From Rebecca billardiae RCC1528 (lineage: Eukaryota > Protista > Haptophyta), in NCBI GenBank assembly GCA_965240325.2, contig OZ251223.1, positions 2,542,001-2,606,000 on the forward strand: a stretch of DNA of 64,000 bases, written 5' to 3'. The notes under the pieces were generated by a model, which saw only the letters and a program-made list of their open reading frames with translations, was not told where the DNA came from and searched no databases. Positions 52,327 to 64,000 of this stretch are shown here, piece by piece; within the stretch, counting starts at the first letter, position 1, and each line of letters begins with the position of its first letter. The position numbers were made by a program, and so were the translations under genes.

Positions 52327-53553
52327 GCGGACGGGCGCGCGGGCGGCGGCGGCGCCGTGCGGAGCCCCGCTGAGCCGGGCGCGGGCGGCGGCGAGGCAAG
52401 CGGCGCGTGCGTGGACGGCGGCGGCGCGGCGCACTCGGCGGCCGAGCGCGCCGCCGCCGCCGCCGAGCTCAGCCGCCCGCCCGCCGGGCTGATGCGCCCC
52501 CAGCCCATGCCCGTCGGCAGCGCGCCGCGCGCGCACCAGGCCGTTCTGGTCGACTTGGCCGACGCGGCCGCAGACGCGCACGACCGCGCGCTCGCGTCCG
52601 CCGAGCTGTACGGCGGGGACGCGGCGGGCGCGGAGGGCGCGGAGCAGGGGGAGGAGAGCACCGAGCTGATGGGCGGCGCGCGCTCGGCGCGCAAGCCGCC
52701 GCCCGCCGCCTCGGCGCCGCGCCGCCTCACGCCGCCCGCGCCGACGCCGTCGACGACGGCGCGCGGCCGCGGCGAGGCCTCGAGCGCCGACGCGGACGGC
52801 GGCCGGCTCGAGACCCGCCCCTACTCGCGCGCCGAGCTGCACGAGGCGTCGTCCAGCACGCTGGCTGCGGTGCAGGCACGCGCCGCGCCGCGCCGCGCCG
52901 CCGCCGCCGCGCGCCGCCGTGCACGCGAGCTGGCCGAGGCTGCGCGCACCCTGCGCCGCCGTGCGCGCGCGAACACGCCCCTCACGCGCGCGGCCCCTGC
53001 GTGCGCCGCCCCCGCCGCCGCTCGCGCCATCAGGACTTTGAGGTCTTCGTCGACGGCGTGGGCGCGGTGCGCTGGCCGGGCCGCACGGACGTGCGCGACC
53101 TGCTCAGCTCGCTCGACGATCTCGTCGCCATCTCCGAGCGCTCCGTCGAGGTCTACCCGGAGGGCACGCGCAAGCCGGCGCGCGGGCATGAGCTCAACAA
53201 GCCGGCGGTGGTCACGCTCGAGCGCGTGCAGCTGGCGCGCAGGCACGCCGGCGGCAACGAGGCGCGCAGCGCCGCGCAGTTCGAGGTGCGCGGCTCGGCG
53301 CCGCGCGCGCGCGCGCAGCCGAGCGCGCCGCTGCGCCCGCGCTCGGAGGAAGCGCTCGCGTGCGCTCGGCTCACCCCTCCCTCCCGACGCGCGCCCGCCC
53401 GCGCCCCGTGCGCACCGCCCGCGCCCCCTGCGCACCGCGCGCGCGCCGCAGGAGAAGCTGCGGCGCAAGCTGGCAGAGTCGGACGCGGAGGCGGAGCACG
53501 TCTCGTGGGACCGACACAGCGGCCGCTGGGTCTTCCGCGTCGAGCACTTCTGA
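49203..53553 (+). CDS. NUP98: Nucleoporin Nup98 (FG repeats, GLEBS, autoprotease-fold domain); exons 49203-49362, 49557-49916, 50054-52875, 53034-53285, 53452-53553
   Basis: GLFG/SLFG/SPFG repeats; GLEBS HSITMMPAYAPKSFEELRAEDY; APD motifs VEVYPEG..KP..G.ELNKPAVVTL and GRWVFRVEHF-stop. Intron 3 is GC-AG. Confidence 0.9.
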
Positions 53554-54053
53554 GCCCGGGCTGCTCTGAGGGCCGAGTCGATGTGCGAACCCCGCCGACG
53601 CGCGCGCGCGGCATCTCGGAAGTGATCTCGGATCCCGTCCCGCCGGGCTGCGCCACATCGCGTCTCACTGTCCTCCGCCGAGCCGCGGGCCACTCGAAGC
53701 CGCGGCATAGCGCGCGCATCAGAAGACGTTGCCTGGTCTCGCTCAGCCGCAACTTGGCCTTGCGCGGGCCAGTATGTCGCTCAGCGAGTCGCGCGGCACT
53801 ACCAGGCGCGGACTCGTTGCTCGTACGACGTACCGAGTCAGCATGAATCGGCGTGGATGATGTGGAATCTCCGATGAAGACTGACGTCGGACCCCGCGCC
53901 GCGCGTTGAATACGATAATAGTCAAACAAAAACGACGACCATGATTAACGAGCAATTCCGCCATACCCAAGTGAGTACTCGACCAAGGAAGTATAATATA
54001 CTAGTAATGCAGTAATGTCAGCCTTCCAACCGAGCCCGCCGCCAATAATGATA

Positions 54054-54245
54054 ACGGGCTCCGTGCCGTTACAGTTTACTATTCCGCCCCCTCTGGAGGC
54101 GGGCTGTCCACAGTGGAGTGGTGTCAAGACACTAGGTGTCTCGGTCAGTGGTTTGAGGTTGGGTGAGGGCCCGTGGTGGTTGGTTGGGGGCTGGCCAGGG
54201 TAGGGCTGGAGGCTTCGGCCGCCAGCCTGATCACCCGGAGCCCGT
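54054..54245. mobile_element. Possible small MITE with TA flanks
   Basis: ATAACGGGCTCCG (54051-54063) is inverted at CGGAGCCCGTTAT (54236-54248). Confidence 0.4.
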
Positions 54246-54640
54246 TATAAAGGGGAATTTAAGAGACTATTGAAAGCGTGATTACCCAACTTCGAGCCGG
54301 TACGGGGCGTTCATCGCGCCGGCATAACAATCAAGTAACCGCGCGTGCGCACGAGGCGAGTTCTGGGCCTTTAATTAACCAAGGGAGATACAGGTCATAC
54401 CATGATGAGGTTTTAGTAATGTGTACGACGTGTATGTAGATACCCATGCCGGTACGGCTAAACCACCTGTTGGCAGTTGTTCATTATTGGCAGGCACCGC
54501 AAGACCAAAGGAAATTGACTAAAATAAGACTGTGGACTCGATCGAACAAGGGAGTTCTTCACTCGAAGCTGGATTCCCGATCGCAAGGCCAGTTCGGACT
54601 GTCTTCGACTCTTCGTCGACATCGGAAGCGAGTCTCGAGC

Positions 54641-57600
54641 ATGGCAACGCACGCCCTCGGGCTGCTCGTCCTGCTCGCCCCGGCGTTGCATCCCGTACTC
54701 TTGAGCGTGGGCAGCGCAGGCACGCCGACAGTGATCTCAGCTGGCAGATTGCACACGTGCGTGCGCTACTCGATCGGCGAAATCAAGTGGTGCGCCGCGC
54801 TGCTCGCCCGCCAGCCCACCCGCCCCGCCGCCGGCCCACGCCGCGTGCACACGCGAGCGCGCGTGGCGATCCGCGCTCAGCCGCTGCCCGGCGCGCGCGT
54901 GGCCACGCACCGTGCGCCGCAGCTTCGGCAGCGGCGGCAACGGGCGCCTGGGCTACGACGACGTCCTCGCGCGGGGCGACAACTCGAACGAGCTCGGCGC
55001 GAGGCTGCCTTTCATTCAACTCCCAAGCGGGACTACCGCGACCAGCGTCTCCGTGGGCCAGGTGCACGCGTGCGCGCTGCTCTCCGACTCGAGCGTGAGA
55101 TGGTGCGTGATGCGCTCGCGCCCGGCGCGGCTCGGCGCCTCGCGCATGCCCCGTGCCTCGCCTCGGCGCGCGCGCGCGCCCTTGCCCCCTCCTCCGGATT
55201 CGCGTGCTGACTGATCACGCGCGATGCCGTCACGCCGCCGCGCCGCGCGCGGGCGTGCGCGCTGTGGCCGCGTGCTCGACGCACGCGGCGCAGTTGGGGG
55301 GGCAACTCGTGGGGGCAGCTCGGCACCGGCGACAACGTCAACGCCGGCGACGGCGTGGGCGGCAGCCGGGCCATGGGTGACACGCTGCCCGCCGTCTACC
55401 TCGGCGCGATCGCGAGCGCGCACGAGGTGCAGTGCGGCGCGCTGCACACGTGCGTGCGCTCGACGATCACGACGCTGAGCGGGGGCGGCGGGATCGAGTA
55501 TATGCGGCGTCGACGGCTCATCGCTCTCGGCGGCGGCGGCGGCACCTCCACCAGCACTACGGGCATCCAGTGCTGGGGGCGTGGCGACGTGGGCTCGCTC
55601 GGGTATGAGGCGGCCACTGACCTCAACGCGCCCGGCGGCCACCTCGACTTCGGGACGACTTCGGCCATCAGCCAGTGGAGCGTGCACGTCGGTGCGCACG
55701 GCTGCGTGGTCTTTGCCGACGCGCACGTCAAATGGTGCGCCGCTGGCCCCGCGCGTGCGCGCCATGCGCCGTGCCCGTGCTGGCAGCGGCCCCCGCCCCC
55801 CCAGAGCTGAGCCGAGCGCACCCCGTGCTGGCGTGCGCGCCGCGCGTGCGCAGCTGGGGCTACAACGCGTGGGGGCAGCTCGGCGACGGCAGTCTGATCA
55901 GCAAAGGGAACGCGGCGAGCTCGATGGGCACCAACCTGCCGTACATCGCCGTGGGCGGCTCGGCGGTCGAGGTTGGTGTCGGCTGGGGCCACACGTGCGT
56001 GCGGCTCTCAGACGACAGCCTCAAGTGCTGGGGCGAGGGTGCGAACGGCCGGCTGGGCACGGGGAGCGCCGTCGACCAGACGGCGCCCACGGCGCTGTCG
56101 GACGGTGGTCTGGGCACCGGTCTCGTCGCCTCTGACATCCAGCTCGGCGGACTGCAGTCGTGCGCGCTGCTCACGAGCGGCGCCTTAAAATGGTGCGCAC
56201 GCACGCGCGCGCGGGTCCGCCGCCGCCTCCGCGGCTTGCGCTGCGATGGGCAATCCGCCGCGACCGCCGGCGCGCCCCGCGCCACGTACGTGGCCGGCGC
56301 CGCGGCGTGCCGTGCGCCCGCGTGCGCGCCCCTTAGCTGACTCGTGCGCTGCGCCCACCGCGCGCTCGCAGCTGGGGCAACGGCGCGAACGGCGAGAACG
56401 GCGCAGCCGACGGCTTGGGGCGCGGCTACCACCCAGGCGAGATGGGCGACGCTCTGAATCCGGTCGACCTCGGCGCGGGCCGGACCGTGACGACGTTCAG
56501 CACGGGGTACGAGCACACGTGCGCGCTGCTGGACGACGAGGCCATCAAGTGGTGCGTGCGCGCACGCGCGCAAGTGCCTGCGCTGCGCTGCGCTGCGCGC
56601 GCGGCCGCGCAGCGGGGGGCACAGGGCAGCGCGGCACCGCTGCCGCGCTCGGTGGCTTCCTTCCGCCTCACGGCCTCTGCCCCGCCCCCGCGCCCACGCC
56701 CTGCGCGCCGCGCCGCGCCCGCAGCTTCGGCAACGGCGCCTTGGGCAGGCTCGGGTACGGCGACACGGTGACGCGTGGCACGCTCCCGGCCCAGATGGGG
56801 GACGGGCTGCCCGCGATTGGGCTGCCGCCGCCGCCGCCGCCGAGCCCGCCACCGCGCCCACCGCCGAGCCCGCCGCCGAGCCCGCCGCCGTCGCCACCGC
56901 CACCGTCGCCGCCGCCCTCGCCCCCGCCGAGCCCGCCGAGCCCACCGCCGAGCCCGCCGCCGCCGGCCCCGCCGCCCTCGCCGCCGCCGCCCTCACCACC
57001 GCCCTCGCCGCCGCCGCCCTCGCCGCCGCCCTCGCCGCCGCCCTCACCGCCGCCCTTGCCGCCACCGTCGCCGCCGCCCAGCCCGCCGCCGAGCCCGCCG
57101 CCTTCACCTCCGCCGAGCCCACCACCCCTGGTGCCAGCCCCGCCACCCTCACCGCCGCCCTCTCCGCCGCCCTCGCCGCCACCGAGCCCGCCGCCCTCGC
57201 CACCGCCGAGCCCACCGCCCTCGCCGCCGCCCTCGCCGCCGCCCGCGTCGCCCCCGTCCCCTCCGCCCTCGCCACCGCCGAGTCCTCCGCCGAGCCCGCC
57301 GCCGCCTTCGCCGCCGCCGAGCCCGCCGCCGAGCCCGCCACCGTCGCCACCGCCACCGTCGCCGCCACCCTCGCCACCGCCGAGCCCGCCGCCGAGCCCG
57401 CCACCGAGCCCACCGCCGTCGCCACCACCAAGCCCACCGCCGAGCCCTCCGCCGAGCCCGCCGCCCACACTGCCGCCCAGCCCGCCGCCCAGCCCGCCGC
57501 CCAGCCCACCGCCGCCGTCACCACCGCCAAGCCCCCCGCCAAGCCCACCGCCATCGCCACCACCCTCGCCGCCGCCGAGCCCGCCGCCGAGCCCGCCGCC

Positions 57601-60600
57601 CTCGCCGCCGCCAAGCCCACCGCCACCGAGCCCACCGCCGAGCCCACCGCCATCGCCGCCACCGAGCCCGCCGCCCAGCCCGCCGCCAAGTCCACCGCCC
57701 TCGCCGCCGCCGAGCCCGCCGCCACCCTCGCCACCGCCAAGCCCGCCGCCGAGCCCACCGCCCTCGCCACCGCCCTCGCCCCCGCCGAGCCCGCCACCGA
57801 GTCCGCCGCCGTCGCCACCGCCACCATCGCCGCCACCCTCGCCCCCTCCGAGCCCTCCGCCGTCGCCGCCGCCGAGCCCACCGCCGTCGCCACCGCCAAG
57901 CCCCCCGCCAAGCCCACCGCCAAGCCCACCGCCATCACCGCCACCCTCGCCGCCGCCCTCGCCGCCGCCGAGCCCGCCACCCTCGCCGCCGCCAAGCCCA
58001 CCGCCACCGAGCCCACCGCCGAGCCCACCGCCATCGCCGCCACCGAGCCCGCCGCCCAGCCCGCCGCCAAGTCCACCGCCCTCGCCGCCGCCGAGCCCGC
58101 CGCCACCCTCGCCACCGCCAAGCCCGCCGCCGAGCCCACCGCCCTCGCCACCGCCCTCGCCCCCGCCGAGCCCGCCACCGAGTCCGCCGCCGTCGCCACC
58201 GCCACCATCGCCGCCACCCTCGCCCCCTCCGAGCCCTCCGCCGTCGCCGCCGCCGAGCCCACCGCCGTCACCACCGCCAAGCCCACCGCCAAGCCCGCCG
58301 CCAAGCCCACCGCCGCCGTCTCCGCCGCCGAGCCCACCGCCGAGCCCACCGCCAAGCCCACCACCCTCGCCGCCGCCGTCGCCGCCACCCTCGCCGCCGC
58401 CCTCGCCGCCGCCGAGCCCGCCGCCCTCGCCGCCGCCCTCGCCGCCGCCCTCGCCGCCACCGAGCCCACCGCCACCGAGCCCACCGCCCAGCCCACCGCC
58501 ATCGCCACCACCGAGCCCACCGCCCAGCCCGCCGCCAAGCCCACCGCCTTCGCCGCCGCCGAGCCCACCGCCCTCGCCGCCGCCGCCGAGCCCACCGCCC
58601 TCGCCGCCGCCGAGCCCACCGCCGAGCCCGCCGCCGAGCCCACCGCCGTCGCCACCGCCCAGCCCACCGCCGTCGCCACCGCCCAGCCCACCGCCGCCGT
58701 CACCGCCGCCGAGCCCACCGCCGAGCCCACCGCCGAGCCCACCGCCCTCGCCGCCACCCTCACCGCCACCCGCGCCGCCGCCATCACCGCCACCAAGCCC
58801 GCCGCCATCGCCGCCGCCGAGCCCACCGCCCTCGCCTCCGCCGAGCCCGCCGCCACCGAGCCCACCGCCGAGCCCGCCGCCCTCGCCACCGCCCAGCCCG
58901 CCGCCCAGCCCGCCACCGAGCCCACCGCCGTCGCCACCGCCGAGCCCGCCGCCATCGCCGCCACCGCCATCTCCTCCGCCGTCACCGCCGCCGAGCCCGC
59001 CGCCCAGCCCGCCGCCGAGCCCGCCGCCGTCGCCGCCACCCAGCCCGCCACCGAGCCCGCCACCCAGCCCACCGCCGCCGTCAGCACCGCCGAGCCCGCC
59101 GCCAAGCCCGCCCCCGTCACCACCACCCTCGCCGCCGCCCTCGCCGCCGCCGAGCCCGCCGCCCTCGCCGCCGCCGAGCCCGCCGCCCTCGCCTCCGCCC
59201 TCGCCGCCGCCCTCGCCGCCGCCGAGCCCACCGCCACCGAGCCCACCACCGAGCCCGCCGCCATCGCCCCCACCGAGCCCGCCGCCCTCACCACCTCCGT
59301 CGCCACCGCCGTCGCCACCGCCGAGCCCGCCGCCCTCGCCTCCGCCGCCGTCACCGCCACCGTCACCGCCGCCGAGCCCACCGCCGAGCCCACCGCCGAG
59401 CCCACCGCCCTCGCCACCGCCCAGCCCGCCGCCGAGCCCGCCGCCGAGTCCACCGCCGTCGCCACCGCCTAGCCCGCCGCCGAGCCCACCACCGTCGCCG
59501 CCACCGTCGCCACCACCGAGCCCGCCGCCGTCGCCGCCGCCGAGCCCACCTCCGCCCTCACCACCGCCCTCGCCGCCGCCGAGCCCGCCGCCCTCGCCGC
59601 CGCCCTCGCCGCCGCCCTCGCCGCCGCCCTCGCCGCCGCCCTCGCCACCCCCCTCGCCACCGCCCTCGCCACCGCCGAGCCCGCCGCCCTCGCCACCGCC
59701 GAGCCCACCGCCTCCGAGCCCGCCGCCAAGCCCGCCGCCGTCGCCGCCACCGAGCCCGCCGCCTAGTCCTCCACCAAGCCCACCGCCCTCGCCACCGCCG
59801 AGCCCGCCCCCGTCGCCGCCACCGCCATATCCGCCCCCGTCGCCGCCACCCAGCCCGCCACCGAGCCCGCCGCCGAGCCCGCCACCGTCGCCGCCACCGA
59901 ACCCGCCACCGAGCCCGCCGCCCTCACCGCCGCCTTCGCCGCCGCCGAGCCCACCGCCATCGCCGCCGCCACCGAGTCCGCCGCCTTCGCCGCCGCCCTC
60001 GCCGCCACCGAGTCCGCCGCCCTCACCACCACCCTCGCCGCCGCCCTCGCCACCGCCCAGCCCGCCGCCCTCGCCTCCGCCCTCGCCGCCACCGAGCCCG
60101 CCACCGAGCCCCCCACCGAGCCCGCCGCCGCCATCGCCGCCGCCATCGCCACCGCCATCGCCGCCGCCAAGGCCGCCGCCTTCCCCACCGCCGAGCCCGC
60201 CGCCTTCGCCACCGCCCAGCCCACCGCCGTCGCCTCCACCGCCAAGCCCTCCCCCAAGCCCGCCCCCAAGCCCGCCCCCCAGCCCGCCGCCGTCGCCGCC
60301 GCCATCGCCACCGCCAAGCCCGCCGCCGAGCCCGCCTCCGAGCCCGCCTCCGCCATCACCGCCGCCCAGCCCACCGCCAAGCCCGCCGCCATGGCCACCG
60401 CCGAGCCCACCGCCGTCGCCACCGCCATCCCCGCCGCCGTCTCCGCCGCCGAGCCCGCCTCCACCGAGCCCGCCGCCCTCGCCGCCTCCAAGTCCGCCTC
60501 CCGCGCCGCCGCCGAGCCCGCCGCCGAGCCCGCCGCCGAGCCCGCCGCCAAGCCCGCCGCCAAGCCCGCCACCATCGCCACCGCCCTCACCGCCGCCGTC

Positions 60601-63600
60601 GCCGCCGCCGAGCCCACCACCGCCGAGCCCACCGCCAAGCCCGCCTCCTTCGCCGCCTCCGAGCCCGCCACCGTCGCCGCCTCCGCCATCACCCCCGCCG
60701 TCGCCACCCCCGTCGCCGCCGCCAAGCCCACCGCCAAGCCCGCCGCCCTCGCCACCACCTAGCCCACCACCCAGCCCGCCGCCGAGCCCGCCGCCGTCGC
60801 CGCCGCCGAGCCCACCGCCATCGCCGCCACCGAGTCCGCCGCCAAGCCCGCCGCCAACTCCGCCACCCTCTCCGCCACCAAGCCCGCCACCAAGCCCGCC
60901 GCCGAGCCCACCACCGTCACCGCCTCCTAGCCCGCCTCCAGGCCCGCCACCCTCGCCGCCACCGTCACCGCCGCCAAGCCCGCCGCCGTCGCGGCCGCCG
61001 AGTCCGCCGCCCTCACCGCCTCCGGGCCCGCCCCCCAGCCCACCGCCGTCGCCACCGCCGAGCCCACCACCGTCGCCACCCCCGAGCCCGCCCCCAAGCC
61101 CGCCACCCTCGCCGCCACCGTCACCACCACCAAGCCCGCCGCCGTCGCCGCCGCCGTCGCCACCGCCAAGCCCACCGCCGTCGCCACCGCCGAGCCCACC
61201 ACCGTCGCCGCCCCCGAGCCCGCCCCCAAGCCCGCCACCCTCGCCGCCACCGTCACCACCACCAAGCCCGCCGCCGTCGCCACCGCCGTCGCCACCGCCA
61301 AGCCCACCACCGAGCCCGCCTCCGAGCCCACCGCCCTCGCCGCCACCGTCGCCGCCGCCAAGCCCACCGCCGTCGCCACCGCCGAGCCCACCACCTTCAC
61401 CGCCCCCGAGCCCGCCGCCAAGCCCTCCGCCGTCACCGCCGCCAAGCCCGCCGCCGTCGCCACCGCCGAGCCCACCACCGTCGCCACCCCCGAGCCCGCC
61501 CCCAAGCCCGCCACCCTCGCCGCCACCGTCACCACCACCAAGCCCGCCGCCGTCGCCGCCGCCGTCGCCACCGCCAAGCCCACCACCGAGCCCGCCCCCG
61601 AGCCCACCGCCCTCGCCGCCACCGTCGCCGCCGCCGAGTCCGCCGCCCTCACCGCCTCCGAGCCCGCCCCCCAGCCCACCGCCGTCGCCACCGCCGATCC
61701 CACCACCGTCGCCGCCCCCGAGCCCGCCCCCAAGCCCGCCACCCTCGCCGCCACCGTCACCACCACCAAGCCCGCCGCCGTCGCCACCGCCGTCGCCACC
61801 GCCAAGCCCACCACCTTCACCGCCCCCGAGCCCGCCGCCAAGCCCTCCGCCGTCACCGCCGCCAAGCCCGCCGCCGTCGCCACCGCCGAGCCCACCACCG
61901 TCGCCGCCCCCGAGCCCGCCCCCAAGCCCGCCACCCTCGCCGCCACCGTCACCACCACCAAGCCCGCCGCCGTCGCCGCCGCCGTCGCCACCGCCAAGCC
62001 CACCACCGAGCCCGCCCCCGAGCCCACCGCCCTCGCCGCCACCGTCGCCGCCGCCGAGTCCGCCGCCCTCACCGCCTCCGAGCCCGCCCCCCAGCCCACC
62101 GCCGTCGCCACCGCCGAGCCCACCACCGTCGCCGCCCCCGAGCCCGCCCCCAAGCCCGCCACCCTCGCCGCCACCGTCACCACCACCAAGCCCGCCGCCG
62201 TCGCCGCCGCCGTCGCCACCGCCAAGCCCACCACCGAGCCCGCCCCCGAGCCCACCGCCCTCGCCGCCACCGTCGCCGCCGCCGAGTCCGCCGCCCTCAC
62301 CGCCTCCGAGCCCGCCCCCCAGCCCACCGCCGTCGCCACCGCCGATCCCACCACCGTCGCCGCCCCCGAGCCCGCCCCCAAGCCCGCCACCCTCGCCGCC
62401 ACCGTCACCACCACCAAGCCCGCCGCCGTCGCCGCCGCCGTCGCCACCGCCAAGCCCACCACCGAGCCCGCCCCCGAGCCCACCGCCCTCGCCGCCACCG
62501 TCGCCGCCGCCGAGTCCGCCGCCCTCACCGCCTCCGAGCCCGCCCCCCAGCCCACCGCCGTCGCCACCGCCGAGCCCACCACCGTCGCCGCCCCCGAGCC
62601 CGCCCCCAAGCCCGCCACCCTCGCCGCCACCGTCACCACCACCAAGCCCGCCGCCGTCGCCACCGCCGTCGCCACCGCCAAGCCCACCACCGAGCCCACC
62701 TCCGAGCCCACCGCCCTCGCCGCCACCGTCACCGCCGCCAAGCCCACCGCCGTCGCCACCGCCGAGCCCACCACCTTCACCGCCCCCGAGCCCGCCGCCA
62801 AGCCCTCCGCCGTCACCGCCGCCAAGCCCGCCGCCGTCGCCACCGCCGAGCCCGCCACCGAGCCCGCCGCCATCACCGCCTCCATCGCCGCCGCCGAGCC
62901 CACCGCCATCGCCGCCACCGAGCCCGCCCCCAAGCCCACCGCCAAGCCCGCCGCCCTTGCCGCCGCCGAGCCCGCCGCCGAGCCCACCGCCCAGCCCGCC
63001 GCCCAGCCCGCCGCCCTCACCGCCACCGAGCCCGCCGCCCAGCGCTCCCCCGTCACCGCCGCCGAGCCCTCCACCGAGCCCACCGCCCTCGCCTCCACCG
63101 TCGCCGCCGCCGAGCCCACCGCCTTCACCGCCTCCGAGCCCGCCGCCAAGCCCTCCGCCGTCGCCGCCTCCAAGTCCGCCACCGAGCCTGCCACCATCGC
63201 CACCGCCATCGCCGCCGCCGAGCCCGCCGCCCACCCCACCGCCCTCGCCGCCCCCGTTGCCGCCGCCGAGCTCACCGCCCTCACCGCCTCCGAGCCCGCC
63301 GCCAAGCCTGCCGCCGTCGCCGCCTCCAAGTCCGCCACCGAGCCCGCCACCATCGCCACCGCCATCGCCGCCGCCGAGCCCGCCGCCGAGCCCACCACCG
63401 TCGGCGCCGCCGAGCCCACCGCCAAGCCCGCCCCCTGTGCCGCCGCCATTGCCACCACCGAGCCCGCCGCCATCGCGAGCGCCAAGCCCGCCACCATCGC
63501 CGCCGCCGAGCCCGCCTCCGATGGCGCCACCGTCACCCCCACCAAGCCCACCGCCGTCGCCACCACCATCGCCGCCGCCACCGCCGCTGCCAAGCCCGCC

Positions 63601-64000
63601 GCCGTCACAGCCGCCGAGCCCGCCGCCGAGCGCGCCGCCACCCCCGCCGCCCTCCCCGCCCAGCGTGCCGCAGCCGCCGCCGCCTCCGCCGCCGAGCCCG
63701 CCGCGCGAGCCGCCGCCGAGCCCGCCGCCGAGCCCGCCGCCGCTGCTGCCGCCGCCGCCGCGCACGGAGCCGTTCCCGCCGCCGGCGCCACCAAGCCCGC
63801 CTCCCGCGCTGCCGCCCGCGCCGCCGCCCTCGCCGCCGCCGAGCCTACCACCGAGCCCGCCGCCGGGCCCGCCGCCCTCGCCGCCGCCAAGCCTACCTCC
63901 CGCACCGCCGCCAAGCCCGCCGCCGAGCTTGCCGCCGCTGCTGCCTCCGCCGCCGCGCACGGAGCCGTTCCCGCCGCCGGCGCCGCCAAGCTCGCCGCCG
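54641..64000 (+). CDS. Secreted RCC1/BLIP-II beta-propeller protein with giant Ser-Pro(n) extensin-like domain (3' partial); exons 54641-54789, 54923-55102, 55294-55734, 55854-56192, 56372-56551, 56725->64000
   Basis: Signal peptide; repeated HTC....(K/R)C(W/F)G....G(Q/R)LG units; then SPPP repeats in frame from about 56825 with no stop seen before the window end. Confidence 0.85.
56825..64000 (+). repeat. Coding (Ser-Pro3/4)n repeat with higher-order units (e.g. 240-bp period around 61500-62700)
   Basis: CCG/AGC/TCG low-complexity tract; long blocks recur at 240-bp spacing. Confidence 0.9.

Noticed and set aside
56668-63960. 2430-aa Gly-rich and overlapping Ala-rich ORFs on the minus strand
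   Set aside because: Antisense shadows of the plus-strand Ser-Pro repeat, which is spliced in frame to the RCC1 exons.

Overview
Very GC-rich eukaryotic genomic DNA with short GC-rich GT-AG introns and occasional GC-AG introns. The style suggests an alga, possibly a Pavlovales haptophyte (inference only). Most long ORFs in the track are GC-driven shadows. After manual splicing about 16 genes are supported: GBF1/GNOM-type ARF-GEF (3' end), SLC6/NSS symporter, TFIIH p34, glycerol kinase, DegP/HtrA protease, eIF5A, a degenerate ABCC-like protein, a 12x38-aa Cys/His repeat protein (EsV-1-7-like), a GARP/SHAQKYF Myb factor, a 3-RRM Gbp2-like protein, a CBP/p300-type HAT with unusual accessory domains, a secreted RTX-repeat protein, malic enzyme, RRP4, a stand-alone Nup98, and a secreted RCC1-repeat protein with a >7 kb Ser-Pro tail that runs off the window. 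Non-coding highlights: (1) a near-perfect foldback element with 416-bp TIRs and a 7-bp TSD (4553-5686); (2) a 5-kb (TA)n 'landing pad' (33684-38633) holding two unrelated TIR elements plus a (TG)n/(CA)n-capped insert; (3) a dispersed repeat pair that has diverged mostly by short insertions.
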